64,000 bases of DNA, from contig CAWCDG010000004.1 in the NCBI GenBank assembly GCA_963794325.1, positions 1,184,001 through 1,248,000 of the forward strand, in the 5' to 3' direction. The position numbers and the translations under genes are program-made. Below are positions 1 through 9,615 of the stretch, piece after piece. The stretch comes from an uncultured delta proteobacterium. Its GTDB lineage: Bacteria > Desulfobacterota > Binatia > Binatales > Binataceae. The notes under the pieces are model-generated. The model had not been told where the DNA came from. It was given only the letters and a program-made list of their open reading frames with translations, and made no database searches. The number at the start of each line of letters is the position of its first letter. The first letter of the stretch is position 1.

Positions 1-1703
1 TCGGGCGCGAGCGTGAGCCGCACCTCGTTCCATACGAAGCTGGTGCCGGGCGCCTGCTTGAAGAAGTTGCCCGACGGCTGAAACACGATCGCGTTCGAGA
101 ACACCGCCACGCGCCCGGTGGGCTCGCGATGCGTCCCCGTCCCGCCCAATTCCATCAGCGAAAGTTTCACCAGCCCGATATCGATAACGTCTCCGGTCAC
201 GCCGCCGATTTGGACGCGATCGCCGGCTTTGATTCCGAATCGCCCGATTAGAAAGAAGTAGCCGGCGATCGACAGGATCACGTTCTGCAGCGCTACCGCG
301 ATACCCGCGGCGGCAAATCCCACCACGGTGGCGGCCGATCCGATCTCGTCGGAAAAGTTGACCATCAAGATGGTCACGATCAGCATGCCGAGCACGAAGC
401 GCCGCGCCGCCATCACCTGCCCGCGGCGCCGGATATCGCTGACGTAGCGATTGGTGATCCATTTCCACACCAGCGATCCGAGGAAAATCACCAGCAACGA
501 GGCGGCCAGCACGCTCAGGCGAATCAGCAGGCTGCGGAATTCCTTGTTCCAGCGCTGTTCGATCGCGCCGTGCCATCGGCCGACGTTGTTGGTGTAAATC
601 CCCAGCAGCACGATTTGCTTGCTGAGCGGCAGCGCGATTGCGCTCAGCATCTTGTGCTCGTCGAGCAGGCCCTCGAACGAAGTTTTCTGATTCTTGAGGG
701 TCGCGACGTCGAAGCCGCCGGCTCCATTCGCCAGCGCTTTGCCACGCGTGTCCAGGCCGCCGATCAAGCCGATGATAGATTTGCGGACATCCGCGGCGCG
801 CGCCGACAGCCCCTGCGCGAGCGCGATGTTCTGTTCCAGGGCGTCGAGCTTGTTGCTCAGCGCGAACAGGTCGGAGACGAGGCTCAGAATCCCGGTCGGC
901 TCAGCCCGCACCGGGAGACCAGTGTCGGCCGCCAAGGTAATCGGTTTCTTGTTGGCATCGGGAATCGAATGCTCGAGCTCGTCTATCTGGGCGGCGAGCG
1001 TGCTGGTCTGATCGGGCGACGCACTCCCGCTCTCGAACTGAGCGAGCGCGTTCAGCGCGTCGACGCGCGCCTGGGTGAGGTCGAGCTCGTTCTGCGCGCC
1101 CTGAATTTCGGAGGCGATCGCAGCGCGCTGTCGCGCCGGCGCTTTCGCCAGGCGAGCTTGTAAATCCTTGATACGCGCGCGGAGCGCGTTATCGGCGGCG
1201 TCGAGCGTCGCGGCGTTCTGCGCGATATTGCCCAGTGCCGCGGAGCCGGGCGAGTTGCCCGGCCCGGCGATCGCGCCGGCAGTCGGGTTGGTCTTGGCGA
1301 TAAACGCAGCCTGCGCGCGCGCAGTCTCGAAGGCCAGGCGCAGAACTTCGGCCGCCGTCTGGCGGTCGTTGGCGAAGAATAAAGTCTCGTCGGGATCGCG
1401 CACGAGTTGCGCTTCGCTGCCGAGATGCCCGTACCAGTTGATCACGTCGGTGAGGTACGCGATGACGCTGTGTGCGTCGAGCGGCAGCGCGCGCGATGCC
1501 GCCGCAGGACTTGCCGCAGCCTGCGGCTGCGGCGCGCCCGTCGCGACGACCGACGGCGCGGCCGACGCGCTCTGCGCGCCGGGCGTCGCCTTCGAACTCT
1601 GCGCAAACGCAGGCGCAATCGCGATTGCTGCGGCAATCGCAAACACGCCTGCCACCAGCAGGCGCAGGCTTATCGAGAGACTCGAAATCTTGAGAAATCG
1701 CAT
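1..1703 (-). CDS. Mechanosensitive ion channel (MscS family) with large N-terminal periplasmic coiled-coil region; runs off the window edge
   Basis: Absent from the ORF track; my minus-strand translation from ATG at 1703 gives a signal peptide, a helical region, TM helices and GFAAAGIAVALQNVILSIAGYFFLIGRFGIKAGDRVQIGGVTGDVIDIG, typical of MscS. Confidence 0.85.
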   Translation of the reverse strand, partial: MRFLKISSLSISLRLLVAGVFAIAAAIAIAPAFAQSSKATPGAQSASAAPSVVATGAPQPQAAASPAAASRALPLDAHSVIAYLTDVINWYGHLGSEAQLVRDPDETLFFANDRQTAAEVLRLAFETARAQAAFIAKTNPTAGAIAGPGNSPGSAALGNIAQNAATLDAADNALRARIKDLQARLAKAPARQRAAIASEIQGAQNELDLTQARVDALNALAQFESGSASPDQTSTLAAQIDELEHSIPDANKKPITLAADTGLPVRAEPTGILSLVSDLFALSNKLDALEQNIALAQGLSARAADVRKSIIGLIGGLDTRGKALANGAGGFDVATLKNQKTSFEGLLDEHKMLSAIALPLSKQIVLLGIYTNNVGRWHGAIEQRWNKEFRSLLIRLSVLAASLLVIFLGSLVWKWITNRYVSDIRRRGQVMAARRFVLGMLIVTILMVNFSDEIGSAATVVGFAAAGIAVALQNVILSIAGYFFLIGRFGIKAGDRVQIGGVTGDVIDIGLVKLSLMELGGTGTHREPTGRVAVFSNAIVFQPSGNFFKQAPGTSFVWNEVRLTLAP

Positions 1704-1836
1704 CGCGGCTTAGTCCGGATCTGGCGGGAAAGCCAAAGAAAAACCTTACCATCGCCGAACCGATAGTTCGATTCCCCTCTCCCCACGTGCGGAGGTGTCA
1801 CGGACACGCGGTCGCCGCGCGCTGCCCTCGAAAAAA

Positions 1837-1952
1837 CTTCTAACAGGGACCCTACGAGTACTCAGGGTAAACTCCGTCCCGCATCTTTCTTAATTCTAAG
1901 GTGCAGGGTTTAACCCTGCCCAAGGAAGTGTGAAACCCACGGCGGGTTTCAC
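1837..1952 (+). repeat. Repeat family A copy (three-hairpin REP/MITE-like element) with an extra segment in the first hairpin loop
   Basis: CTAACAGGGAC...GTCCCGCATCTTT, GCAGGG..CCCTGC, GTGAAACCC-N5-GGGTTTCAC; matches the copies at 4526 and 13719. Confidence 0.85.
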
Positions 1953-1973
1953 GTACGATTCTTCGTCCCGCGC

Positions 1974-3053
1974 TCAGTACCCGACAGGCACGGCGGCGCT
2001 CGCGTCAGGCGCCAAGTCCGCGTAGCGCGCGGGCGGTGTCCATGGCGTCCCGAGCGCGTCGAACTCGCGCATCAGCGCGTCGATATCCTTGACGTTGGCG
2101 GTCTTGCGAATCAAATCGCGGACCATCACCGGCCGCTCGTTGAGGCGCTGACGCACCATCGTGCGAATTCCGCGATTTGCCAGATCGTCCACAACCTTGC
2201 GCCCCGAGATTGGCTTGCCGTCGAGCGTGAGCAGCGTGCGCGCCTGGATTTCGGACAGCGCGGTGCGCAGATACTCGACATGCGGCGCCTCGTCGGAGCG
2301 GATGTAGCGCACCAGATTGGCGGCGTCGTCGGGCGCGTCGGAGACTTCGGGATCGGAGAGAATCTCCTCAGCCCAGGCGAACGTCGATGCGGCAAAGACC
2401 TCGATCGCGAGCACATTTGCCATGAAGCGAATCAGCCGCTCGACCGGCTCGCCAAGCTCCGGAAACATCGCGACCGGCTGCCCGCCGCGCCGCGCGATAA
2501 TCGCCGCGTAAATTTCGGGCGAGATAGCAGGATTGGACAGCGCCGCATCGCGCGCCGCGTCCCACATCTGGCGATGCCCGCCCTCTTCGCTCCATCCCGC
2601 TTCGTCGCGCGCATGCGCCTCGAACAGCCCGCTCGCAAGATGCGCCAGCGCAGTCCCCTCAGTATCCTCGCGGATAAAGGTCTTGAGCGGCGGCACCGGC
2701 AACTCACGAATCATCGCGCCAAACCCCTCGACGATCGCGATCTCCGACAGCCATCGCACCATCGGCTCGCGCACCCCCGACCGGAGCAAAAATTTCACCT
2801 GCGCAACGTTGGGTACCTGCGGCGAGACGGTATCAGCCGGAATCTCAAACAGCGCCGTGCCCGAAGTAGCAACATGCTGCTCCTGCCACGCACGGATAGC
2901 CGGCACGCGATGAGCGGTGCGCGGCGACCGATAATGCCCGTCCGCATCAAACCCGCCATGACACTTGACGCCCTTAACAATCAGAGGCTCGCGAGTATCA
3001 ACATTGGCAAGAATTTCGTCGGTGGAGAAGTTCAATCGAGATTCATGAGGCAT
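1974..3053 (-). CDS. Ferritin-like diiron-carboxylate protein, function unknown
   Basis: Motifs IVEGFG, RDEAG..GGH, AIEVFA, RSDEAPH; likely start is the ATG at 3053 (MPHESR). Confidence 0.65.
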   Translation of the reverse strand: MPHESRLNFSTDEILANVDTREPLIVKGVKCHGGFDADGHYRSPRTAHRVPAIRAWQEQHVATSGTALFEIPADTVSPQVPNVAQVKFLLRSGVREPMVRWLSEIAIVEGFGAMIRELPVPPLKTFIREDTEGTALAHLASGLFEAHARDEAGWSEEGGHRQMWDAARDAALSNPAISPEIYAAIIARRGGQPVAMFPELGEPVERLIRFMANVLAIEVFAASTFAWAEEILSDPEVSDAPDDAANLVRYIRSDEAPHVEYLRTALSEIQARTLLTLDGKPISGRKVVDDLANRGIRTMVRQRLNERPVMVRDLIRKTANVKDIDALMREFDALGTPWTPPARYADLAPDASAAVPVGY

Positions 3054-3119
3054 GGATAGGTCACCGGTTTCGTGTGTTAGATGGAATGCCGCGAGCATTC
3101 AGCGCCTCGCGACCACTCG

Positions 3120-3135
3120 CCTAACATACGTTAGG
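3120..3135. promoter_or_regulatory. Palindromic operator-like site upstream of the ferritin-like gene
   Basis: CCTAAC-ATAC-GTTAGG inverted repeat, with TTGACT on the minus strand at 3148-3153. Confidence 0.4.
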
Positions 3136-3167
3136 TTCCTGAAAATGAGTCAACGAGAGTCGACCAA

Positions 3168-4154
3168 TCATGATTTGATAGTGTAGTGCTGATCAAAAAT
3201 CTGCACGATATTCGGATTATAGAAGTTCTTTTTTGAACTCTTCGGATTTCCGGGATCCAATAGTCGCGTCTTTATGTAGCGCGGATCTGTAAGCAATGAC
3301 TTTCGAATCTCGTGATATTTCGAATCAGCCTTGAAATCTATGTATTTTCTCGAAAGCCTTTTGGTAAGCTCGTTGTAATCCCACGGGTAGGTCTTCCTGA
3401 TATCCTCTTCGCTTATATTCACATGCGGAGCTGATGGATCTGTAGTAATAAAAACCTCAGCGGTCGGATCAATCTTTGACCGTTGAAAAGAAAGGTTCAC
3501 CTTCAACGCCACATGGTAGTCCGGGTCGGCGGCGTCAATGTTCTCCTGAGTGAGTTTGGTTAGGAATGCGACTAATTTCCTTTCGTCGCTTGTCACAGAT
3601 ATGAGCGTTGCTGAGCTTTGACCGAGAAACCCGATTGGCATGAGGAACAGGTTGTATCTGGATAGATCTCGCTTGAACCAACTCTTTGCTAAGGTGATGT
3701 AGTTGCGGACAGCGGCTGTCCCAATTTCTAGCACCTGCTTGGCAAGTTGAGCTCCGGCGTTCATATAATGCGACGCATTGTCACGAATTTCGAGGAGCGC
3801 GCTGAGATTTGCTTTGAGGGCCGGATCTAATCGGGATGAAGCGTTCGAGTCCAATGCAACGATGGCCCGTCCCAGCGAGACCGTAGCGGCGGTTCCGGAT
3901 CGATTCATTTTAACGTATCGTTTTTTCGACGGAGATCCGTCCTTTTTCTGACGGGTTTCCGTCTCATAGATTGACCTAACGTCGTTCTTATTTTCTTCGA
4001 GAATCTTGGCCTTCAACAGAAGTTCCCAAGCGTTTAGTGCCAGCAGGGCGAAGGTTTCTTCGCGACATTTGAAGTCCGGCTTATTGTAGATCTCAATGGC
4101 AGCGATTATGGCTGCTTCAGATTTTTCTAATAATTGGATTGATCTTCTTCGCAT
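3168..4154 (-). CDS. DUF3644-like protein with HEPN-type RxxxxH motif; AT-richer, probably acquired horizontally
   Basis: N-terminus KSEAAIIAAIEIYNKPDF..REETF.LL..NAWELLLKA resembles DUF3644; motif RDNASH; composition visibly differs from the flanks. Confidence 0.7.
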   Translation of the reverse strand: MRRRSIQLLEKSEAAIIAAIEIYNKPDFKCREETFALLALNAWELLLKAKILEENKNDVRSIYETETRQKKDGSPSKKRYVKMNRSGTAATVSLGRAIVALDSNASSRLDPALKANLSALLEIRDNASHYMNAGAQLAKQVLEIGTAAVRNYITLAKSWFKRDLSRYNLFLMPIGFLGQSSATLISVTSDERKLVAFLTKLTQENIDAADPDYHVALKVNLSFQRSKIDPTAEVFITTDPSAPHVNISEEDIRKTYPWDYNELTKRLSRKYIDFKADSKYHEIRKSLLTDPRYIKTRLLDPGNPKSSKKNFYNPNIVQIFDQHYTIKS

Positions 4155-4427
4155 AGGTTCGTGTTCTCAATGAAGGAACTATGACGAACCGAGAGAGGGA
4201 CTACTAGATGGACGTGTGGACTGATTGTTAACGGTACTTGGAGGCCATTTGCCCCTTGGTCGAATTGGAGCTTCACGCTTCTTTCGGCAGGGTGTCTGAT
4301 TCCCTCCCACGTTCGTCGGGGAGGGTTAGGATGGGGAAAATTTGCGGCGCGATTGTCTGTTGCGCCGTACATTCTGAATCGGAAAATGTTGTCCCCCACC
4401 CGACGCTCGAGGACGAGCGTCGGCCTC

Positions 4428-4495
4428 CCCCCACGAACGTGGGAGGCAAGATCCGGGATTCTTCGCTACAGCAACTTTCGCTCTAGAATGACACA
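4428..4495 (+). repeat. Repeat family B copy (GATTCTTCGCT...GAATGACA type)
   Basis: Near-identical direct repeat of 6091-6158. Confidence 0.85.
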
Positions 4496-4525
4496 AAAAC
4501 CGAGTGACCATTTCCAATGACCCTG

Positions 4526-4616
4526 CTAACAGGGACGCCGTCCCGCATCTTTTTCTATCACTGGGTGCAGGGGTCACCCCTGCCCAAGGAAGCGTGAAAC
4601 CCACGGCGGGTTTCAC
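4526..4616 (+). repeat. Repeat family A copy
   Basis: Three hairpins as at 1837 and 13719. Confidence 0.85.
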
Positions 4617-4632
4617 TGTAATCGATTAGGGT

Positions 4633-5976
4633 TCAATGCGTGGCCGTGGTCGCGATAACTGGCAGGCCTTCGCTTGGCGCGAATGCTATGCCGCGGCGGG
4701 TGGCGCGCGCTTTGTAGCCATCCACCGGCTTCAATTCTACTCGCGATAGGATTTCTGCGATTACGATTTTCATTTGGTACGTCGCGAAGGATGCGCCCAG
4801 GCATCGGCGGGAGCCGCCGCCGAAGGGGAAGAAGGTGTATGGGCTTTGGCGGGATTCCAGGAATCGGTCGGGGTTGAATTGGTCGGGGTTCGGCCATAGC
4901 TCGGGGCGGCGATGCACCAGGTAGATGCATGGTGCGATCGTCACGCCGGCGGGTAGGTCGCGGCCTGCGATTTTCAGCGGCCTTGTCAGTGTGCGGCCGA
5001 AGTTTGGGATTACCGGGTCCAGGCGCATCGTCTCGTTGATCACCGCCTCGACATACTTCAATTTGCCGACGTGCGACGCGTCGAGCGGCGCGCCGTTCAT
5101 TACTGAAACGGTCTCTGCGCGCGCGCGTTCCATCACGTCGGGATGCGTGAGCAGCCGGTTGATTATCCACGCCATCGTGGCTGCGGTGGTTTCGTGGCCG
5201 GCGAGCATCAGCGTGTACATCTCGTCGCGGATGACGTTGTCTGGGAGCGGCTGTTCGTTTTCGTAGCGCGCAGATAGCAGCATCGAGAGGACGTCGGCGC
5301 GTCCCTCGACGCCCTCGCGTCTCCGCCGCGCGAATTCCGCATACAGGATCGAATCGATCTGGCGCGTCAGCCTGACCGCGCGGCCCCACGGACTCCACGC
5401 GCCGGCGTCGATGCGCATCGCGGGCAGCGACAGCAGCGTTCCGAGGCCGCTCGAATAGAGCGCGAACAGTTTTTTCAGTGACGCGCGCAGTTCGGTGCCC
5501 GTGCCGTCGTCCGCGAATCCGAAAACCGTCCGGATAATTGTTTCGAAAGTGATCGCGCGCATCTGCGGATGAATCGGGAACTGCTGCCCTCTCGGCCACG
5601 ACGCGATCACATTGTCCGCCGCGCTGCGCATCGTATCGGCGTGCGACGCTACCTGCTCGCCATGAAAGGCCGGTAGCAGCAGCCGGCGTTGACGCAGATG
5701 CTCGGGGGCGTCGAGGAACAGCGACGACCGCTCGCCCATGAACGCACCGAGCGGGCGGTTGGCCTGGCCGGCATGAAGCGCGTCGGCATCTCCGAGGAAA
5801 ACCTCGCGCACCGCAGCCGGATCGCTAGTAAATACGAACGGCGAGACTCCCGGCACGCGTACGGTGAACCAATCGCCGTAACGCCGCGAGCACGTATCAA
5901 GAAATCGAAACGGATTGCGCACAAAGTCGAAAGTCGCGATCAGCCCGGGGCCGGGAGGCAGAATCGATGCAGCCAT
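4633..5976 (-). CDS. Cytochrome P450
   Basis: I-helix AGHETT, ExxR (ETMR), heme motif FGGGSRRCLGA; start at 5976 because the upstream extension lies in a repeat. Confidence 0.95.
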   Translation of the reverse strand: MAASILPPGPGLIATFDFVRNPFRFLDTCSRRYGDWFTVRVPGVSPFVFTSDPAAVREVFLGDADALHAGQANRPLGAFMGERSSLFLDAPEHLRQRRLLLPAFHGEQVASHADTMRSAADNVIASWPRGQQFPIHPQMRAITFETIIRTVFGFADDGTGTELRASLKKLFALYSSGLGTLLSLPAMRIDAGAWSPWGRAVRLTRQIDSILYAEFARRRREGVEGRADVLSMLLSARYENEQPLPDNVIRDEMYTLMLAGHETTAATMAWIINRLLTHPDVMERARAETVSVMNGAPLDASHVGKLKYVEAVINETMRLDPVIPNFGRTLTRPLKIAGRDLPAGVTIAPCIYLVHRRPELWPNPDQFNPDRFLESRQSPYTFFPFGGGSRRCLGASFATYQMKIVIAEILSRVELKPVDGYKARATRRGIAFAPSEGLPVIATTATH

Positions 5977-5992
5977 GGGGAACTTGATTGTA

Positions 5993-6048
5993 GTGGAACC
6001 CGCCGTGGGTTCCACACCTCCCTGGGCAGGGCCGGCCCTGCACCCAGT
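5993..6048 (-). repeat. Repeat family A copy, inverted and partial
   Basis: GTGGAACCC-N5-GGGTTCCAC plus GCAGGG-CCGG-CCCTGCACCCAGT. Confidence 0.8.
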
Positions 6049-6090
6049 GAAAAGTGAGAATCGCGGAATGTTGAGGACAACCTTTCTGAT

Positions 6091-6158
6091 TCCCCCACGA
6101 ACATCGGAGGCAGGATCCGGGATTCTTCGCTACAGCAACTTTCGCTCTGAATGACACA
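6091..6158 (+). repeat. Repeat family B copy
   Basis: Direct repeat of 4428-4495. Confidence 0.85.
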
Positions 6159-6224
6159 GGGACGGAATGACACAGGAAAAAGAACCTCAGAGCAAAAGGG
6201 CGGCCTCGCCATTTTGCGATTAGT

Positions 6225-6281
6225 ACTGGGTGCAGGGGTCACCCCTGCCGAAGGAGGTGTGGAACCCATCGCGGGTTCCAC
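6225..6281 (+). repeat. Repeat family A copy, partial
   Basis: ACTGGGTGCAGGGGTCACCCCTGCCGAAGGAGGTGTGGAACCCATCGCGGGTTCCAC. Confidence 0.85.
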
Positions 6282-6356
6282 AGGATGACCGCATCGACGC
6301 TCTCAGTCTTTTGCATCCCCGCCCTCTGCTTTATACCGTAGGCGAGGATTTCCTCG

Positions 6357-7940
6357 ATGGCTGTTGCGCCTAAAACGATTCCCCCACCGACGCACGAGGT
6401 GCACGAGTTTTCCTCGACGCGCAAGTGGATCATCGCGTTCTCCGTGATGCTCGGCACGGTGCTCGAGGTCCTCGACTCCTCGATCGTCAACGTATCGTTG
6501 CCGCATATGCAGGGCAGTTTCTCCGCGAGCGTCGACGAGATCGCGTGGGTCGTCACGTCGTACCTGGTTGCTGCGGGAATCATGATCCCGATGACCGGCT
6601 GGATCGCCGAGCGCTTCGGGCGCAAGCGCTACTTCGTCGCGTCGATCGCGATGTTTATCTTGTCGTCGGCGCTGTGCGGGGTCGCGCAATCGCTCAACCA
6701 GATCGTGTTTTTCCGCCTGATGCAGGGTGCGGCCGGCGCCGCAATGATGCCGTTGTCGCAGGCGATCCTGATGGAGACCTTTCCGCCGCGCGAGCAGGCG
6801 ATGGCGATGGCGGTGTGGGGAATCGGGATGATGGTCGCGCCGATCATGGGCCCGACCATCGGCGGCTATATCACCGACGCGTGGACCTGGCGCTGGAATT
6901 TTTACATCAACGTGCCGATCGGGACGCTGGCGGCGTTCATGGTCTATCGCTTCGTCGATGACCCGTCTTACATGCGCAACTTGCGCCGCGGGCCCATCGA
7001 CCTGCTTGGTATCGCGTGCCTGTTCGTCTCGCTCGGGCTTGGCGAGATCGTGCTCGATCGCGGCGAGCGCGCCGACTGGTTCACCAGCCCGTGGGTGGTT
7101 TACTGCACGGCCGCCGCGCTGATCTCGCTCGCGATTCTCGTGTATCACGAGCTGCACACCGAAGACCCGGTCGTCGATCTCTCGATTCTCGAGAACATGA
7201 ACTTCACCCTGCCGGTCGTGCTGATAATTTTTCTGACCTTCACGCTGTACGGCACCGCAATTCTGAATCCCATTTTTCTGCAGGAGACTCTCGGCTACAC
7301 GGCGTCGAAGGCTGGACTCGTGATGGCGCCGCGCGGTTTCGGCACGATGTTCTCGATGATCATCCTCGGCACTTACGCGCGCCGCGGCGGCGACATCCGT
7401 CCGCTGGTTGGCATCGGCTTTATCTTCGTCGGAATCGCGATGTGGCGGATGTCGGGGCTGAATCTTGATTCCGATGTGCGGAGAATCGTGTGGCCGACGG
7501 TGATCCAGGGAATCGGAACCGGGTTGATATTCCCGGGCTTGTCGGCGGCCGCGCTCAGCTCGATGGAGAAATTCAAGATGGGCCGAGCGGCGAGTCTCTA
7601 TTCAGTCACGCGTAACCTCGGCGCCGCGATCGGCACGTCGTATCTGACGACGCTGCTCATCCACCGCCAGCAGGTCAATCAGAGCTACCTCGTCGAGCAC
7701 ATCACGGTCTTCACGCTGCCGCATATGCAGATGCCGGGCGGCCTCAACATGGGCAACGAATTCGCGATGGGCCATAAGCACGGCATGGCGATGCTCTACG
7801 GGATGGTGCAACGGCAGGCGGCGATGCTGTCGTTCAACGACATCTACCGCGACCTGACCGTGCTGATGCTCATCCTGGTGCCGACGTTCCTGTTCCTCAA
7901 GCGCGACACGCGCAACATGCCGGCTGAAGCTGCCCACTAA
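6357..7940 (+). CDS. DHA2-family (EmrB/QacA) MFS efflux transporter
   Basis: LDSSIVNVSLPHM, WVVTSYL, GWIAERFGRKR, WRWNFYINVPIG; many TM helices. Confidence 0.93.
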   Translation: MAVAPKTIPPPTHEVHEFSSTRKWIIAFSVMLGTVLEVLDSSIVNVSLPHMQGSFSASVDEIAWVVTSYLVAAGIMIPMTGWIAERFGRKRYFVASIAMFILSSALCGVAQSLNQIVFFRLMQGAAGAAMMPLSQAILMETFPPREQAMAMAVWGIGMMVAPIMGPTIGGYITDAWTWRWNFYINVPIGTLAAFMVYRFVDDPSYMRNLRRGPIDLLGIACLFVSLGLGEIVLDRGERADWFTSPWVVYCTAAALISLAILVYHELHTEDPVVDLSILENMNFTLPVVLIIFLTFTLYGTAILNPIFLQETLGYTASKAGLVMAPRGFGTMFSMIILGTYARRGGDIRPLVGIGFIFVGIAMWRMSGLNLDSDVRRIVWPTVIQGIGTGLIFPGLSAAALSSMEKFKMGRAASLYSVTRNLGAAIGTSYLTTLLIHRQQVNQSYLVEHITVFTLPHMQMPGGLNMGNEFAMGHKHGMAMLYGMVQRQAAMLSFNDIYRDLTVLMLILVPTFLFLKRDTRNMPAEAAH

Positions 7941-8711
7941 AAAAATCTTGTGAGAGCGAAAATTTTCTTGATGAACGACGAGCGGCGTCGGGGTCATCGC
8001 GCGTGGACGCGAGGATTTGTTCTCTTAATCCTCGCGCGCTCGTCGATCTCGCCGCGATTCATCCAGGCTCGTCGAGACGGGGGACTATCGATCAAACTGT
8101 CGCGGATTGCGACAAACCCCAGTCCGGCTTGGAGCATACTGGATCATTTATTCCGAGCTGCCTGCAGCTAGGCTCGTCGAACCGCTGATAGAGCTTCATT
8201 AGCGCATCTCATTTTGCACCGGTGGGCACGATCGAAGTGCACGCAAAAAGGGGCACTTGAGCCACCGGTTGTCAAGTTTGGAATCGGATCATTATCGCTC
8301 CGACGATATTGCCCGACCTCGGTACGCGCGCTAGTTAAGAAGCCGTCAGTGATCGTGATGGCCTGAAAACGTCGCGCGGAACGCAACGGCCACGTCGGGG
8401 GAATTTGACGACCGAGTCGACGCGCGCATTATCCATCGAGCCGCTGCTTGGGATTGAGGTGAGGACGCGGGCAGGCGGGCGGGCATCGCAAAGATGCCGA
8501 GCTGGGCTGATGGTCCGATGAAAAGAGCCGGTGCGCATGGCGCAGTTTTGTTTTGGCGCTTTTCGATCTTGCAGCCCTGAAATCGACGCCGCCGCGCGCC
8601 GTGGCTGGAATTATTGGCGCGGCGCGATGGCGATAAGAACCATTTCCCGCTCTCCCCGAATCGATTTCTCACCCATCACTCGCAGCTCCAATTCGAAATT
8701 TGAAATATCCA

Positions 8712-8869
8712 TCCGACGGCCCCTGACGGTGTCCGGCGGCAAGCCCGCGTGCGCGGCACGCCGACCGGAACTCGAAGCCCTGGGAGGTTGAGACTGTGCG
8801 AAACGGACCCCTGGTTCATCGACGCGCCCACGCATCGCGATTTGCCTACGGCGCGCCGTCGCCGTTGGA
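8712..8869 (+). ncRNA. Candidate 6S-like RNA (long closed hairpin)
   Basis: Ends pair (TCCGACGGC/GCCGTTGGA, GACGGTG/CGCCGTC, GGCAA/TTGCC); internal GGGAG (8782) and CGCCCA (8825) flank an apical stem GTTGA/TCGAC. Confidence 0.45.
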
Positions 8870-8930
8870 GCGTCTGCAATCGTTATCGGTATTCGGCAAC
8901 CCGCGGACGTTCTCGCGTTCGGGACGTAGC

Positions 8931-9494
8931 ATGCCAATCGAGCCGGCTCCGTTGGAGAATCAGCGTTTGCAACTCGGCAGCCGCCTCCCGATTAACCTGC
9001 GGCATTTCCTGGCCGAGCAACTGGGCGCCTCGATGCGAATCGAGGACGACTCGATCGTCGCGCTCGAGCCGCGCTCGAATGAAACCTTGATGCGCGAGCT
9101 GGCCCGCGCGATTCGACGCTTTTCCGCCGAGCGCGCGCGCGAAGCATGGTGCGAATGTGCGATGGGGCTCGATCGGCTCGAGCGCGAGTTCTTCGCCGCG
9201 CCCAGCGAAAATCGCGGACCGGTAGTATTGTGCCTGCGATGCTCCTGCGTGGGCGCCGGCCCCCTCGATCAGCATTGCGGCAGCCGATGTATCGCAGTCC
9301 ACCTGGGCGCCGAAGTGCGCGCGCAGCAACTCGAAGGCAAATGCGTCGATGGAACCCTTACGCCCGACGCGTTGCATCGCGCAGTCGAGAATTTCCGCCT
9401 CCACCGCACCCACGCCGGCCAGCCTCATTATGACCTGGACTGTTACGTAGCCGGCGGCCAGGTAATCTTCACCTGGCGCCCGCTGCCCGCTTAG
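8931..9494 (+). CDS. Hypothetical Cys/His-rich protein
   Basis: ORF with host-like codons; ATG at 8931 avoids overlap with the RNA candidate; WCEC, CLRCSC, HCGSRC. Confidence 0.5.
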   Translation: MPIEPAPLENQRLQLGSRLPINLRHFLAEQLGASMRIEDDSIVALEPRSNETLMRELARAIRRFSAERAREAWCECAMGLDRLEREFFAAPSENRGPVVLCLRCSCVGAGPLDQHCGSRCIAVHLGAEVRAQQLEGKCVDGTLTPDALHRAVENFRLHRTHAGQPHYDLDCYVAGGQVIFTWRPLPA

Positions 9495-9555
9495 AGTAAG
9501 CCGCGCGACAGAAAGGAAATTTTCAGCCAATCACCATCGCAATGTTGATTCACTG

Positions 9556-9590
9556 AAAAAAGAAAAAGGTGCTGGATTTCTCCAGCACCT
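9556..9590 (-). terminator. Intrinsic terminator of rpsU
   Basis: AGGTGCTGGA/TCCAGCACCT stem followed by a U-tract on the minus strand. Confidence 0.85.
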
Positions 9591-9615
9591 GATTGGCAAT
9601 CGAAATTTTATTCGG

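Noticed and set aside
570-1766. Several Arg/Ala-rich ORFs here and throughout the window
   Set aside because: They are shadow frames of real genes in GC-rich DNA; here the true gene is the minus-strand MscS.
8490-8530. CTGATGG...GAAA as a hammerhead ribozyme
   Set aside because: The core CUGANGA and the required stems are not satisfied.
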